DNA of 64,000 nucleotides from an uncultured Acidobacteriota bacterium (GTDB lineage: Bacteria > Acidobacteriota > Thermoanaerobaculia > Multivoradales > UBA5704), in the NCBI GenBank assembly GCA_963770895.1, contig CAVYRF010000002.1, positions 4,832,001 through 4,896,000 on the forward strand. Direction: 5' to 3'. The notes under the pieces are model-generated. The model was not told where the DNA came from and made no database searches. It saw only the letters and a list, made by a program, of their open reading frames with translations. This document shows positions 1 to 8,198 of this stretch, piece after piece; position 1 is the first letter of the stretch; each line of letters opens with the position of its first letter. A program made the position numbers and the translations under genes.

Positions 1-1
1 C

Positions 2-274
2 ACCGGCTACCCCGACGGTCTGAGCGACGGCCAGATCCCGCTGGCGCCGCGCATCATTGCCGTGGCCGACACCTTCGACGCCATGACCACCAGCCGCCCC
101 TATCGCGTCGGCCTGTCGCGCGACAGCGCCGCCGCCGAGATCCAGCGCGCCGCCGGCAGCCAGCTCTGCCCGCACGTCGTCACCGCCTTCGTCGCGCTCT
201 TCCAAAGCGACCGCTTCACCCTGGCCGCCGGCGAAGAGGTGCTGCAGTCGATCTCCGAGCTGGAACCCGAATAG
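2..274 (+). CDS. HD-GYP domain phosphodiesterase, C-terminal part (5' truncated by window edge)
   Basis: Frame from nt 2 reads TGYPDGLSDGQIPLAPRIIAVADTFDAMTTSRPYR, the GYP...ADxFDAMTxxRPYR signature of HD-GYP proteins. Confidence 0.85.
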   Translation, partial: TGYPDGLSDGQIPLAPRIIAVADTFDAMTTSRPYRVGLSRDSAAAEIQRAAGSQLCPHVVTAFVALFQSDRFTLAAGEEVLQSISELEPE

Positions 275-409
275 CGCCCTCGCCGCCTTGCCGCCTTGCC
301 GCTTTGCGGGGACTGCCACCGTCCCCTTGAGCGGCCTGCCGCCCAGGCTTGAGGAGGAGCGGCCCCCGCCGCGCCAGCGCCTGGATCAGCGTTTGGATAA
401 GATAGGTCG

Positions 410-1456
410 GTGCGCCACCTCATCGTTTGCGCCCGCTGCCGCCGCCAGCTGGATGCCGGGCAGCGGCAGGCGGGTGAGTCGGTCCGCTGCCCTTGCGGCG
501 AGCGGGTGGAAGTGCCGGCGCTGCGCGCTCACGACTCGGCGGTGGTGCGCTGCTCGGCGTGCGGCGCGCCGCGCGGCGGTGGCGAGCCGGGCTGCCGGTA
601 CTGCGGCTCGACGTTCACCGTCCACGACAGCGACCTGGATACCGTCTGCCCCGCCTGCATGGCGCGGGTGACCGGCAGCGCACGCTTCTGCGATCACTGC
701 GGCGGGCCGATCCTGGTGGCCCAGGCGGTGGCCGCGGGGGAGCCGCTGGGCTGCCCCGGATGCGGCGGCGGCCGCCAGCTTGCCAGCCGGCGCTTGGGCG
801 ACGAGCCGGTGGCGGTGTCCGGCTGCGAGATCTGCGGCGGCCAATGGGTGGAGACCGCGGCTTTCGAGATCCTGGCGGCGCGCGCCCGGCACGCCCAGCT
901 CGGCAACCTGGAAGACCCGGCGGCAGGCGGCGCGACCGGCGCGGCTCGCCAAGGCGCCGGCGCAATTGGCACCGGATCGGCTGCCCGGGCCGGTGGCGGA
1001 CCTGGCGGCCGGATCGGCGTGGAACCCGGAGGCGGGTCCGGGAGCAGGCCTGGAGACGGTGTCGGAGGCGGCATTGGGAGCGCATCTGGCGCCAGCGCCG
1101 GCGGACGCCTGTACCGCCCCTGCGCGCGCTGCGGCAAGTTGATGAACCGCATCAACTTCGGCCGCAAGAGCGGGGTCATCCTGGATTTCTGCCGCGGCCA
1201 CGGCATGTGGTTCGACGACGGGGAGCTGCCCCGCATCCTGCTGTGGATCCAGAACGGCGGCGAGCAGCGGGCACACCGTCTCGACGCCGAACAGGCCGCC
1301 GCCGCGGCGCGCGATCAGCGCCTGGCGCGCGACGCCGACCGTGCGTCCGCCGGCGCCAGGGTGTGGTCGGGCCAGCCCCTTGTCGACCTCGACACGGCGG
1401 GCGACCTGGTGGACCTCCTGGGCGCCGGTATGCGCCAACTCTTCGGCCGCTGGTAG
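410..1456 (+). CDS. Multi zinc-ribbon protein (double zinc ribbon plus zf-TFIIB-like)
   Basis: Ten Cys/His pairs (CARC, CPC, CSAC, CRYC, CPAC, CDHC, CPGC, CEIC, CARC, CRGH); zf-TFIIB-like GMWFDDGEL; Gly-rich linker. Confidence 0.75.
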   Translation: MRHLIVCARCRRQLDAGQRQAGESVRCPCGERVEVPALRAHDSAVVRCSACGAPRGGGEPGCRYCGSTFTVHDSDLDTVCPACMARVTGSARFCDHCGGPILVAQAVAAGEPLGCPGCGGGRQLASRRLGDEPVAVSGCEICGGQWVETAAFEILAARARHAQLGNLEDPAAGGATGAARQGAGAIGTGSAARAGGGPGGRIGVEPGGGSGSRPGDGVGGGIGSASGASAGGRLYRPCARCGKLMNRINFGRKSGVILDFCRGHGMWFDDGELPRILLWIQNGGEQRAHRLDAEQAAAAARDQRLARDADRASAGARVWSGQPLVDLDTAGDLVDLLGAGMRQLFGRW

Positions 1457-1460
1457 CGCG

Positions 1461-2582
1461 TTGCGACCTGCATCCCCCAGCCCCAACCAGACCGCCAGAT
1501 CGGCGGACGCGGACGCCGCTGCCGACGCACCGACGTCGCCACCCCGCGGCGGCGCGCGCCGTCCGCCGCGGCTGGCGCCGCACCTGTGGACGATCGTGCC
1601 GCGCGTCCGCCACATGCTGCACCGCCGGCAGCCCCCACCCGCCACGCCCTGGCAGACCGCCGTCGCCGACCCGGTGGTGGGGTCGGTCCGTCTTTCCGGC
1701 TGGTTGCAGGCGGCGCCGGACGCCGCCGGCGCCGCCGACGGCGATGAAATCGTCGTGCTGGTCCACGGATTGGGTGGTTCGGCGCAAAGCCACTACATGA
1801 TCCGCGGCGCCCATGCCGCGGCGGCGGCGGGTTTGGCCTGCCTGCGCCTCAATCTGCGCGGCGCCGACCTGAGCGGCGAAGACCTGTACCACGCCGCCCT
1901 GACGGCCGACCTGCACGCCGCCCTGGCCAGCTCGGACCTGCGCCGGTACCGGCGGATCCACGTGCTCGGCTATTCGCTGGGCGGCCACGTCGCGCTGCGG
2001 TTCGCCGCCGAAGCCGCCGACCCGCGCGTCGTCCGCGTGGCGGCGATCTGTTCGCCGCTGGACCTGGGCCGCGCCCAGCAGGCCATCGACGGCCCGGCCG
2101 GGTGGCTGTATCGCCGCTACCTGACCGCCCACCTGGTGCGCCACTACGCCGCCATCGCCGCCCGCCGCCCCGTCCCCCTGCCGCTGGCCGCCGTCGCGCG
2201 CCTGCGCACGATCCGCGACTTCGACCAGCACATCGTCGCCCCCCGCTTCGCCTTTGCCGGCGCCGACGACTACTACGCCCGCGCCAGCGTCGGCCCCTGT
2301 CTGCCGCGGCTCCGCCTGCCCGCCCTGCTGGTCAACGCCGAGCACGACCCCATGGTCCCGGCCGCCGCCGTGCGCCCCGCCCTGGACCCGCCGCCGCCCC
2401 GCCTCACCGTTCGCTGGCTGCCGCAAGGCGGCCACGTCAGCTTTCCTGCCGCCGTCCACCTCGACCTCGAAGGCGACCGCAATCGCGATCGCGAGCGCGA
2501 CCTTCCCAAACCGCCGCCCAGCGCTCCCTCTCGCGCCGCCACCCTGGACGCCCAGGTCCTCGCCTGGCTGCGCCAGCCCTGA
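1461..2582 (+). CDS. Alpha/beta hydrolase, YheT-like (start uncertain)
   Basis: VLVHGLGGS, LNLRG, nucleophile elbow GYSLGG, NAEHDP, GGHV; TTG at 1461 is the first in-frame start after the upstream stop. Confidence 0.8.
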   Translation: MRPASPSPNQTARSADADAAADAPTSPPRGGARRPPRLAPHLWTIVPRVRHMLHRRQPPPATPWQTAVADPVVGSVRLSGWLQAAPDAAGAADGDEIVVLVHGLGGSAQSHYMIRGAHAAAAAGLACLRLNLRGADLSGEDLYHAALTADLHAALASSDLRRYRRIHVLGYSLGGHVALRFAAEAADPRVVRVAAICSPLDLGRAQQAIDGPAGWLYRRYLTAHLVRHYAAIAARRPVPLPLAAVARLRTIRDFDQHIVAPRFAFAGADDYYARASVGPCLPRLRLPALLVNAEHDPMVPAAAVRPALDPPPPRLTVRWLPQGGHVSFPAAVHLDLEGDRNRDRERDLPKPPPSAPSRAATLDAQVLAWLRQP

Positions 2583-2760
2583 ACCGGCGCCGCGAACCTG
2601 AAGCGGCACGGTCAGCCCGCGGTGTCGGCAGGGGCACGGAGGACGCGCCGGGACTGCGCACGCGACCCGTCGATCTCGACCTGGATCCAGGACGCGGCGG
2701 CCGCCAGGGCAGCGGGCGGGGCGGGGTAGTGGACTGGTTTTCCCACGACCGATCTTGCAG

Positions 2761-2777
2761 TTGGTACCGACTTTGCT
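2761..2777 (+). promoter_or_regulatory. Candidate sigma54 (-24/-12) promoter
   Basis: TTGGTACCGACTTTGCT has GG-N10-GC spacing with TTGCT at -12, about 130 nt upstream of the permease ATG. Confidence 0.5.
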
Positions 2778-2907
2778 TCGCGGAACCCGTCAGGGCCGCT
2801 TGCCACAGGTGGCTGGCAGGGGCGCGAAACCTGCGGGGCGGGGCGGCCGTAAGGTGGCACATGCGGCGGCGGTTGGTGCGCCGGCCGGTCATTGCGAGGT
2901 CCAGGCC

Positions 2908-5370
2908 ATGGGGAGCATCCTGCAAGATCTGCGGTTCGGCAGTCGCTTGCTGTGGAAAGACAAGGGTTTCACGCTCACCACGCTGCTCACGCTGGTGGTC
3001 TGCATCGGCGCCAATGCCGCGATCCTGGCCGTCGTCCATTCGGTGCTGCTGCGGCCGCTGCCGTTTGCCGAGTCGGACCGGGTGGTCCTGGCTTACAACA
3101 GCTATCCGGGGGCGGGGGTGGAGCGGTCTGACAGCGGCGTGCCGGATTTTTACGATCGCCAGCGCGACGTCAGTGCGTTCGAACAGATCGCGATGTACCA
3201 GGAGCGCGGCATGACGCTGGGCGGCGAAGGGTCGGCCTCGCGGGTGGATGGCACCGGCGTCACGCCGTCGTTCTTTCCGCTGCTGCGCGCCCAGGCGCTG
3301 CGCGGGCGGGTGTTTCGCGCCGAGGACGGGGAGGTGGGCGGTGAGCACAAGGTGATCCTGAGCTACGCGCTGTGGCAGCGCCTGTTTGCCGGCAGCGACG
3401 CGGCGCTGGGCAAGGACCTGCGCATCAACGGCGTGCCCTATGCGATCGTCGGCGTCATGCCGGCGGATTTTCTGTTCCTCAAGGCCGACACGCAGCTGTG
3501 GATTCCGCTGGCATTTACCATCAAGGAGAAGGCCGACGAGTCACGCCACAGCAACAACTGGACGATGATCGCGCGGCTGCGGCCGGGCGCCAGCGTGCGG
3601 CAGGCGCAGGAACAGATCGATGCGCTCAACGCGCGCAACCTGGAGCGGTTCCCGGCGATGAAGCTGGCGCTGGTCCGCGCCCGTTTTCACAGCGTTGCCG
3701 TGCCGCTGCAGGAAGACGTGGTGAGCACGCTGCGGCCGGTGCTCTACCTGCTGTGGGCCGGCGTGGTGTGCGTGCTGCTGATCGGTTGCGTGAACATCAC
3801 CAACCTGGCGCTGGTGCGCGCCAGCGGCCGTCTCAAGGAGCTGGCCACCCGCAACTCGCTCGGCGCCAGCCACTACCGCATCGTGCGCCAGCTGCTGATC
3901 GAATCGGTCCTGGTCACCCTGCTGGGCGGCCTGGGCGGCGTGCTGCTGGGCGCGTGGGTTCTCGGGTTCCTCGCGCGCCTGAACATGGACGACCTGCCGC
4001 GCGCCAGCGAGATCCACATGGATGCGTTTGTGGTGGCGTGCATGCTGGGAGTGGCGCTGGTGATCGGCCTGGTCATCGCCGTCGTGCCGGTGCTCAAGCT
4101 GTGGCGGGCCAGCCTGGGCTCGCTGCTGCGCGACGAGGGGCGCGGCGGCACCAGCGGCCAGGGGGCGCGGCGCACGCGGCGCGCGCTGGTCACGGCGCAG
4201 TTTGCGTTCGCCTTCATCCTGCTGGTCTGCGCGGGGCTCCTGGTGGTCAGCTTTCAGCAGGTGCTGGCCGTGCGTCCCGGCTTCGAGCCGGACGGCGTGC
4301 TCACGGCGATGATCAGCCTGCCGATGGCCCAATACAAGTCCGACGCGGAGATGCTGGGCTTCGTCCGGCGCGTGCTGGAGGCGACGCGGCGGCTGCCGGG
4401 GGTGCAGTCGGCCGGCATCACCACCTCGATCCCGTTTGGCGGCGACTACAGCGACAACGTCATCTTTCCGGAAGGCTATGTCGCCGACAAAGGCGAGGTG
4501 ATTTCGCCGAGCGAGCTGCGGGTCAGCGAAGGCTATCTCGAAACCATGCGCACCCGGCTGGTGAGCGGCCGGCTGTTCAACGCCGGCGACACCGCCCAGG
4601 CGCCCAAGGTCGTCCTGGTCGACACCCGGCTGGCACACAAGTTCTGGCCGAACCTGGACCCGATCGGGCGGCGGATCTTCCGGCCCCAGGACGCACAGCA
4701 CCTGGCGGCAGGCCCCAAGACGGAGTACTCCACGGTGGTGGGGGTGGTGGACACGGTGAAGCTGCGCGGCCTGGTCGAAGGGGACGCGCGCTTCGGCTCC
4801 TACTACGTCCCCTTTGCCCAGGGGCCGCAGCACTTCTGGACGCTGGCGGTGCGGTCGACGAGCGACCCCCGCCTGCTCACCTCGACGATCCGCGGCGTCG
4901 TGGCGGGGATCGATCCGGGCCTGCCCCTGTTCGGCATCCGAACGATGAACCAGCGCACCGCGTCGGCGCTCATCGGCCGGCGCGTGCCCATGCTGCTGGC
5001 GCTGGGCTTTGCCGCGGTGGCGCTGTTCCTGTCCGCGGTCGGCGTCTACGGCGTGCTGGCCTACCAGGTGGCGCAGCGCACGCGCGAGATCGGCATTCGC
5101 ATGGCGCTCGGCGGCACGGCGGCAACCATTTCACGCCTGGTGCTGGGTGAAAGCGTGCGCATGCTGGCGGTGGGTCTGGGCATCGGCCTGGTGGGCGCTT
5201 TTGTCGCCAGCCACGCGATGAGCACTCTGCTCTATGGGGTGCAACCCATGGATCCGCTGGTCCTGGTCACCGTGGCGATGGCCCTTGCGGGTGTCGCCCT
5301 GGTCGCCGCGGCCGTGCCCGCCCGCCGTGCGCAGCGGATCGATCCGGCCGTCGCCCTGGCGGCCCAGTAG
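2908..5370 (+). CDS. ADOP-type duplicated ABC permease (MacB-PCD/FtsX x2)
   Basis: MGSILQDLRFGSRLL..GFT start, LRPLPF, LLIGCVNITNL, GVYGVLAYQVAQRTREIGIRMALG, C-terminal PARRAQRIDPAVAL; GAGGT upstream of ATG 2908. Confidence 0.92.
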   Translation: MGSILQDLRFGSRLLWKDKGFTLTTLLTLVVCIGANAAILAVVHSVLLRPLPFAESDRVVLAYNSYPGAGVERSDSGVPDFYDRQRDVSAFEQIAMYQERGMTLGGEGSASRVDGTGVTPSFFPLLRAQALRGRVFRAEDGEVGGEHKVILSYALWQRLFAGSDAALGKDLRINGVPYAIVGVMPADFLFLKADTQLWIPLAFTIKEKADESRHSNNWTMIARLRPGASVRQAQEQIDALNARNLERFPAMKLALVRARFHSVAVPLQEDVVSTLRPVLYLLWAGVVCVLLIGCVNITNLALVRASGRLKELATRNSLGASHYRIVRQLLIESVLVTLLGGLGGVLLGAWVLGFLARLNMDDLPRASEIHMDAFVVACMLGVALVIGLVIAVVPVLKLWRASLGSLLRDEGRGGTSGQGARRTRRALVTAQFAFAFILLVCAGLLVVSFQQVLAVRPGFEPDGVLTAMISLPMAQYKSDAEMLGFVRRVLEATRRLPGVQSAGITTSIPFGGDYSDNVIFPEGYVADKGEVISPSELRVSEGYLETMRTRLVSGRLFNAGDTAQAPKVVLVDTRLAHKFWPNLDPIGRRIFRPQDAQHLAAGPKTEYSTVVGVVDTVKLRGLVEGDARFGSYYVPFAQGPQHFWTLAVRSTSDPRLLTSTIRGVVAGIDPGLPLFGIRTMNQRTASALIGRRVPMLLALGFAAVALFLSAVGVYGVLAYQVAQRTREIGIRMALGGTAATISRLVLGESVRMLAVGLGIGLVGAFVASHAMSTLLYGVQPMDPLVLVTVAMALAGVALVAAAVPARRAQRIDPAVALAAQ

Positions 5371-5485
5371 GACGGGCAGGGCGCGGAACGCGCGCCCCTG
5401 CCGCGTGCGCGGCTGGGGCGGTGTCCGCGGGATCGTGGGGAGCGCTTGCCGGGCTTGCCGCCGGCGGTGCGGGCGGCCAGCAGAG

Positions 5486-5695
5486 TCAGGCAAGACCGGC
5501 TTGGGCCTGCCACACGCAGCCGGCGTAGCAGGTGTTGAAATAGCAGCTCTGCAGGCACGAATCGCCCGCCTGGCTGATGGGACTGACACCACCCTGCGCG
5601 ATGCCGCCGGCGAGGGCGGGGGTCTGCATCTGCGCATCGCTCAGCCGCTGCAGCGTCTCTTTTCCCAACCGCAACGTCCGCGTGTGCTTCTTCAT
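5486..5695 (-). CDS. Putative RiPP precursor peptide A (69 aa)
   Basis: MKKHTRTLRLGKETLQRLSDAQMQTPALAGG-IAQGGVSPISQAGDSCLQSCYFNTCYAGCVWQAQAGLA; AGGAG RBS 5 nt before ATG; leader shared with peptides B and C. Confidence 0.75.
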   Translation of the reverse strand: MKKHTRTLRLGKETLQRLSDAQMQTPALAGGIAQGGVSPISQAGDSCLQSCYFNTCYAGCVWQAQAGLA

Positions 5696-6011
5696 GACGG
5701 CTCCTTCTCTGCCGGATCGAACCGGCGACACCTGCGTGATGATCGATTGCTTCGACGTGGCAACCTGGCCGCCGAGGCGGTACCTGTCAACCATAAGAGG
5801 TGCCGTGGGCGCACGCACCGGGGCCGCCCGGCCCCGGTGCGGCGCGCCGCCCGCGGCGCCGAGCGGCCGCGCGGCGTCCAGCCCTCGGACGCCGGCGCAC
5901 CGGCGACCGCGGGCGCCCGCCACGACCGGTCACCGCCTTGTGCTGTGCTAGCGTTGCGCCGGTGGCCGCGTGGAATGTCGCTGCCATGCTGCTCAAGGTG
6001 AGGAGGCGGCC

Positions 6012-6407
6012 ATGACCGCAGGAACCGGCGAAGGCATCGTCAGCAAGCCCAGCAGTCATTCGGTCGAGGAGACGGTGGCGCGGCTGACGGGCCTGCTGCA
6101 AGCCAAGGGCGTGACGCTGTTTGCCCTGGTGGATCACAGTGGGGAAGCCGCCAAGGTCGGGATGAGCATGCCTCCCACCAAGCTGCTGATTTTTGGCAGC
6201 CCCAAGGCCGGTACGCCGCTGATGCTGGCGGCGCCCAGCGCGGCCCTCGATCTGCCGCTCAAGATCCTGGTCTGGCAGGACGCCGGAGCCAAGGTCTGGG
6301 TCACCTACAACAGTCCCGCCTACCTCCAGCAGCGCCACGGTCTGCCCGCCGAGCTGCTGGCGAATATCGCCGTCGTCGAAGCGCTGGCCGCCAAGGCCGC
6401 GGAATAG
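6012..6407 (+). CDS. DUF302 domain protein
   Basis: SVEETVARL...FALVDHS..A..VG..MPPTKLLIFGSPKAGTPLM....ALDLPLKILVW; AGGAGG RBS. Confidence 0.9.
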   Translation: MTAGTGEGIVSKPSSHSVEETVARLTGLLQAKGVTLFALVDHSGEAAKVGMSMPPTKLLIFGSPKAGTPLMLAAPSAALDLPLKILVWQDAGAKVWVTYNSPAYLQQRHGLPAELLANIAVVEALAAKAAE

Positions 6408-6429
6408 GCAGAGAGGAAGAGCGATCGCC

Positions 6430-7293
6430 ATGGCTCACCACGAGTTTGACGCTGCCGAGTACAAGGCCGACCAGCGCCGGGCGTGGGACACCGCGGCCGC
6501 CGGTTGGCGACGCTGGTGGCAGGCGATCGAGCGCGGCTTGCAGCCGGTCTGCGACCGGATGCTCGACCTGGCGCAGGTGGCTCCGGGCGAGCGCGTGCTG
6601 GACGTCGCGACCGGCATCGGCGAGCCGGCGCTGAGCGCCGCGGCCCGCGTCGGCCCCACCGGTCATGTCGTGGCGACCGACCTGGCTCCCGCGATGCTGG
6701 CGATCGCCGCCGAACGGGCGCGCCAGGCGGGCGCCGGCAACGTGGAATTCATCCAAGCCGATGCCGAGGCGCTGGAGCTGGCACCCGCCAGCTTTGACGC
6801 GGTCCTGTGCCGCTTCGGCCTGATGTTCCTGCCCGATCCCGGCCGCAGCCTGGCCCGCATGCGAACCCTGCTCAAGGACGACGGCAGGATCGCCGTCGCG
6901 GTGTGGGGGCCGGCGGCCCAGGTGCCGATGATCGCCATGCCGCTGGCGGTGATCCGGCGCGAGCTGGAGCTGCCGCCGCCGCCCGCGGGGGTGCCCGGTG
7001 CGCTGAGCCTGTGCGACGTCCCCGCGCTGGAGCTCCTGGCGCGCGATGCCGGTCTGTCCGCGGTGGCGACCGAAACCGTCGAGACCGTGACGCACCTGCC
7101 TTCGCCGGACGCCTTTGTGCGCTTCCGTCAAGACATCGCCGCGCAGGTCCAGGAGCTGCTGGCGGGACAGAGCCCCGATCGCCAGCAGCGCGCCTGGCAG
7201 GCCGTCGCCCAAGCTGCCGCGGCCGACTACGGGCAGCCCGACGGCAGCATCCTCATGCGCAACCAGGCGATCGTGCTGACCGCCGCGGCGTAG
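6430..7293 (+). CDS. Class I SAM-dependent methyltransferase (UbiE-like)
   Basis: Motif I VLDVATGIGE, ATDLAPAML, DAEAL, FDAVLCRFGLMF. Confidence 0.9.
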   Translation: MAHHEFDAAEYKADQRRAWDTAAAGWRRWWQAIERGLQPVCDRMLDLAQVAPGERVLDVATGIGEPALSAAARVGPTGHVVATDLAPAMLAIAAERARQAGAGNVEFIQADAEALELAPASFDAVLCRFGLMFLPDPGRSLARMRTLLKDDGRIAVAVWGPAAQVPMIAMPLAVIRRELELPPPPAGVPGALSLCDVPALELLARDAGLSAVATETVETVTHLPSPDAFVRFRQDIAAQVQELLAGQSPDRQQRAWQAVAQAAAADYGQPDGSILMRNQAIVLTAAA

Positions 7294-7378
7294 ACCGCGG
7301 TGGCACAGCGAGCGGCCGGCGGCAGGGCGAGGGCGTCCGGCGCCGGCCGCGGCTCGCCAAACCGGCACCGGCCGCGGC

Positions 7379-7528
7379 TCAAGGGCAGGTGTCGGTGCAG
7401 GTGTGGGTGCAGACCTTGGCGTTGGAGCAGATCGCTCCCTCGGTCACCAGGCCGGCGACCACCTGCTGGAGTGTCATCCGGTGCAGCGTCTCGCGGCTGA
7501 GGTTGAGTTTTTTCGATTTCGGCTTCAT
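7379..7528 (-). CDS. Putative RiPP precursor peptide B (49 aa; not in ORF track)
   Basis: Hand translation: MKPKSKKLNLSRETLHRMTLQQVVAG-LVTEGAICSNAKVCTHTCTDTCP*; AAAGGAG RBS; paralog of peptide C. Confidence 0.85.
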   Translation of the reverse strand: MKPKSKKLNLSRETLHRMTLQQVVAGLVTEGAICSNAKVCTHTCTDTCP

Positions 7529-7753
7529 AAGAGCTCCTTTTCGATCGAACTCACCGAATATACCGTTGCGCGATCGCCATCGTCCATCGCCGGAGGGGGG
7601 CCGCCATCACGGGCACGCGTGGCGGCCGGTACGCAGGCGCGGGGGTCTTGCATAGGCCTGATCGGTGGCATGGGCCGCGGCGGGCGGCGGGCGCCCGGAT
7701 GGGCTTGGTAGCGAGCCCGCCCGACTGCCCTGCCGCCCGCTCTGGCTGGTGCT

Positions 7754-7915
7754 TTACGGGTTGCCGGTGCCGCAGGTGACGGTGCAATCCTCGGTGCACA
7801 CCTTGGCGTTGGAACAGATGAGGTTGTTGGTGACGGCGCCGGCGGCCACCTGCTTGAGCGTCATCCGATGCAACGTCTCGCGGTTGAGGTTGAGCTTTTT
7901 CGATTTCGGCTTCAT
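7754..7915 (-). CDS. Putative RiPP precursor peptide C (53 aa)
   Basis: MKPKSKKLNLNRETLHRMTLKQVAAG-AVTNNLICSNAKVCTEDCTVTCGTGNP*; AAAGGAG RBS places the start at 7915 rather than 7969. Confidence 0.85.
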   Translation of the reverse strand: MKPKSKKLNLNRETLHRMTLKQVAAGAVTNNLICSNAKVCTEDCTVTCGTGNP

Positions 7916-8032
7916 TAAACTCTCCTTTCGGTCAAACAAACAAACTGGGTATACGGTTGTAAGCCGCAAGCTGTCTAACGCTGTAATGACAGCAGAAGTA
8001 GTGTGCGCCGCTAAGGTAGGTGCTCAGAGACA

Positions 8033-8056
8033 ATTGACGGGTACCATTGACGGGTA
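8033..8056. repeat. 11-bp direct repeat ATTGACGGGTA x2 (13-bp period) in an AT-richer divergent intergenic region
   Basis: Copies at 8033-8043 and 8046-8056, separated by CC. Confidence 0.7.
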
Positions 8057-8198
8057 TGTGATTGCCCCGTTTGAGGGATTGGGGACCGTCTGAGATGTCG
8101 GCCCACCACCGCCGGCAGGCGCGCCGGGCCGTAGTTGCCGCGGCGGTGCATCCCCGGCAGAATGGGCCGGCGGCGCGCGGGGGAGGGGCGCCAGGACG

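Noticed and set aside
6012-7293. DUF302 plus methyltransferase as dedicated RiPP tailoring enzymes
   Set aside because: Opposite strand to the precursors and of generic, widespread types; proximity alone is not enough, though not excluded
7665-8093. Plus-strand 142-aa ORF and similar plus-strand ORFs over 7300-7711
   Set aside because: Antisense to the precursor peptides, which have clear RBSs and paralogous conservation
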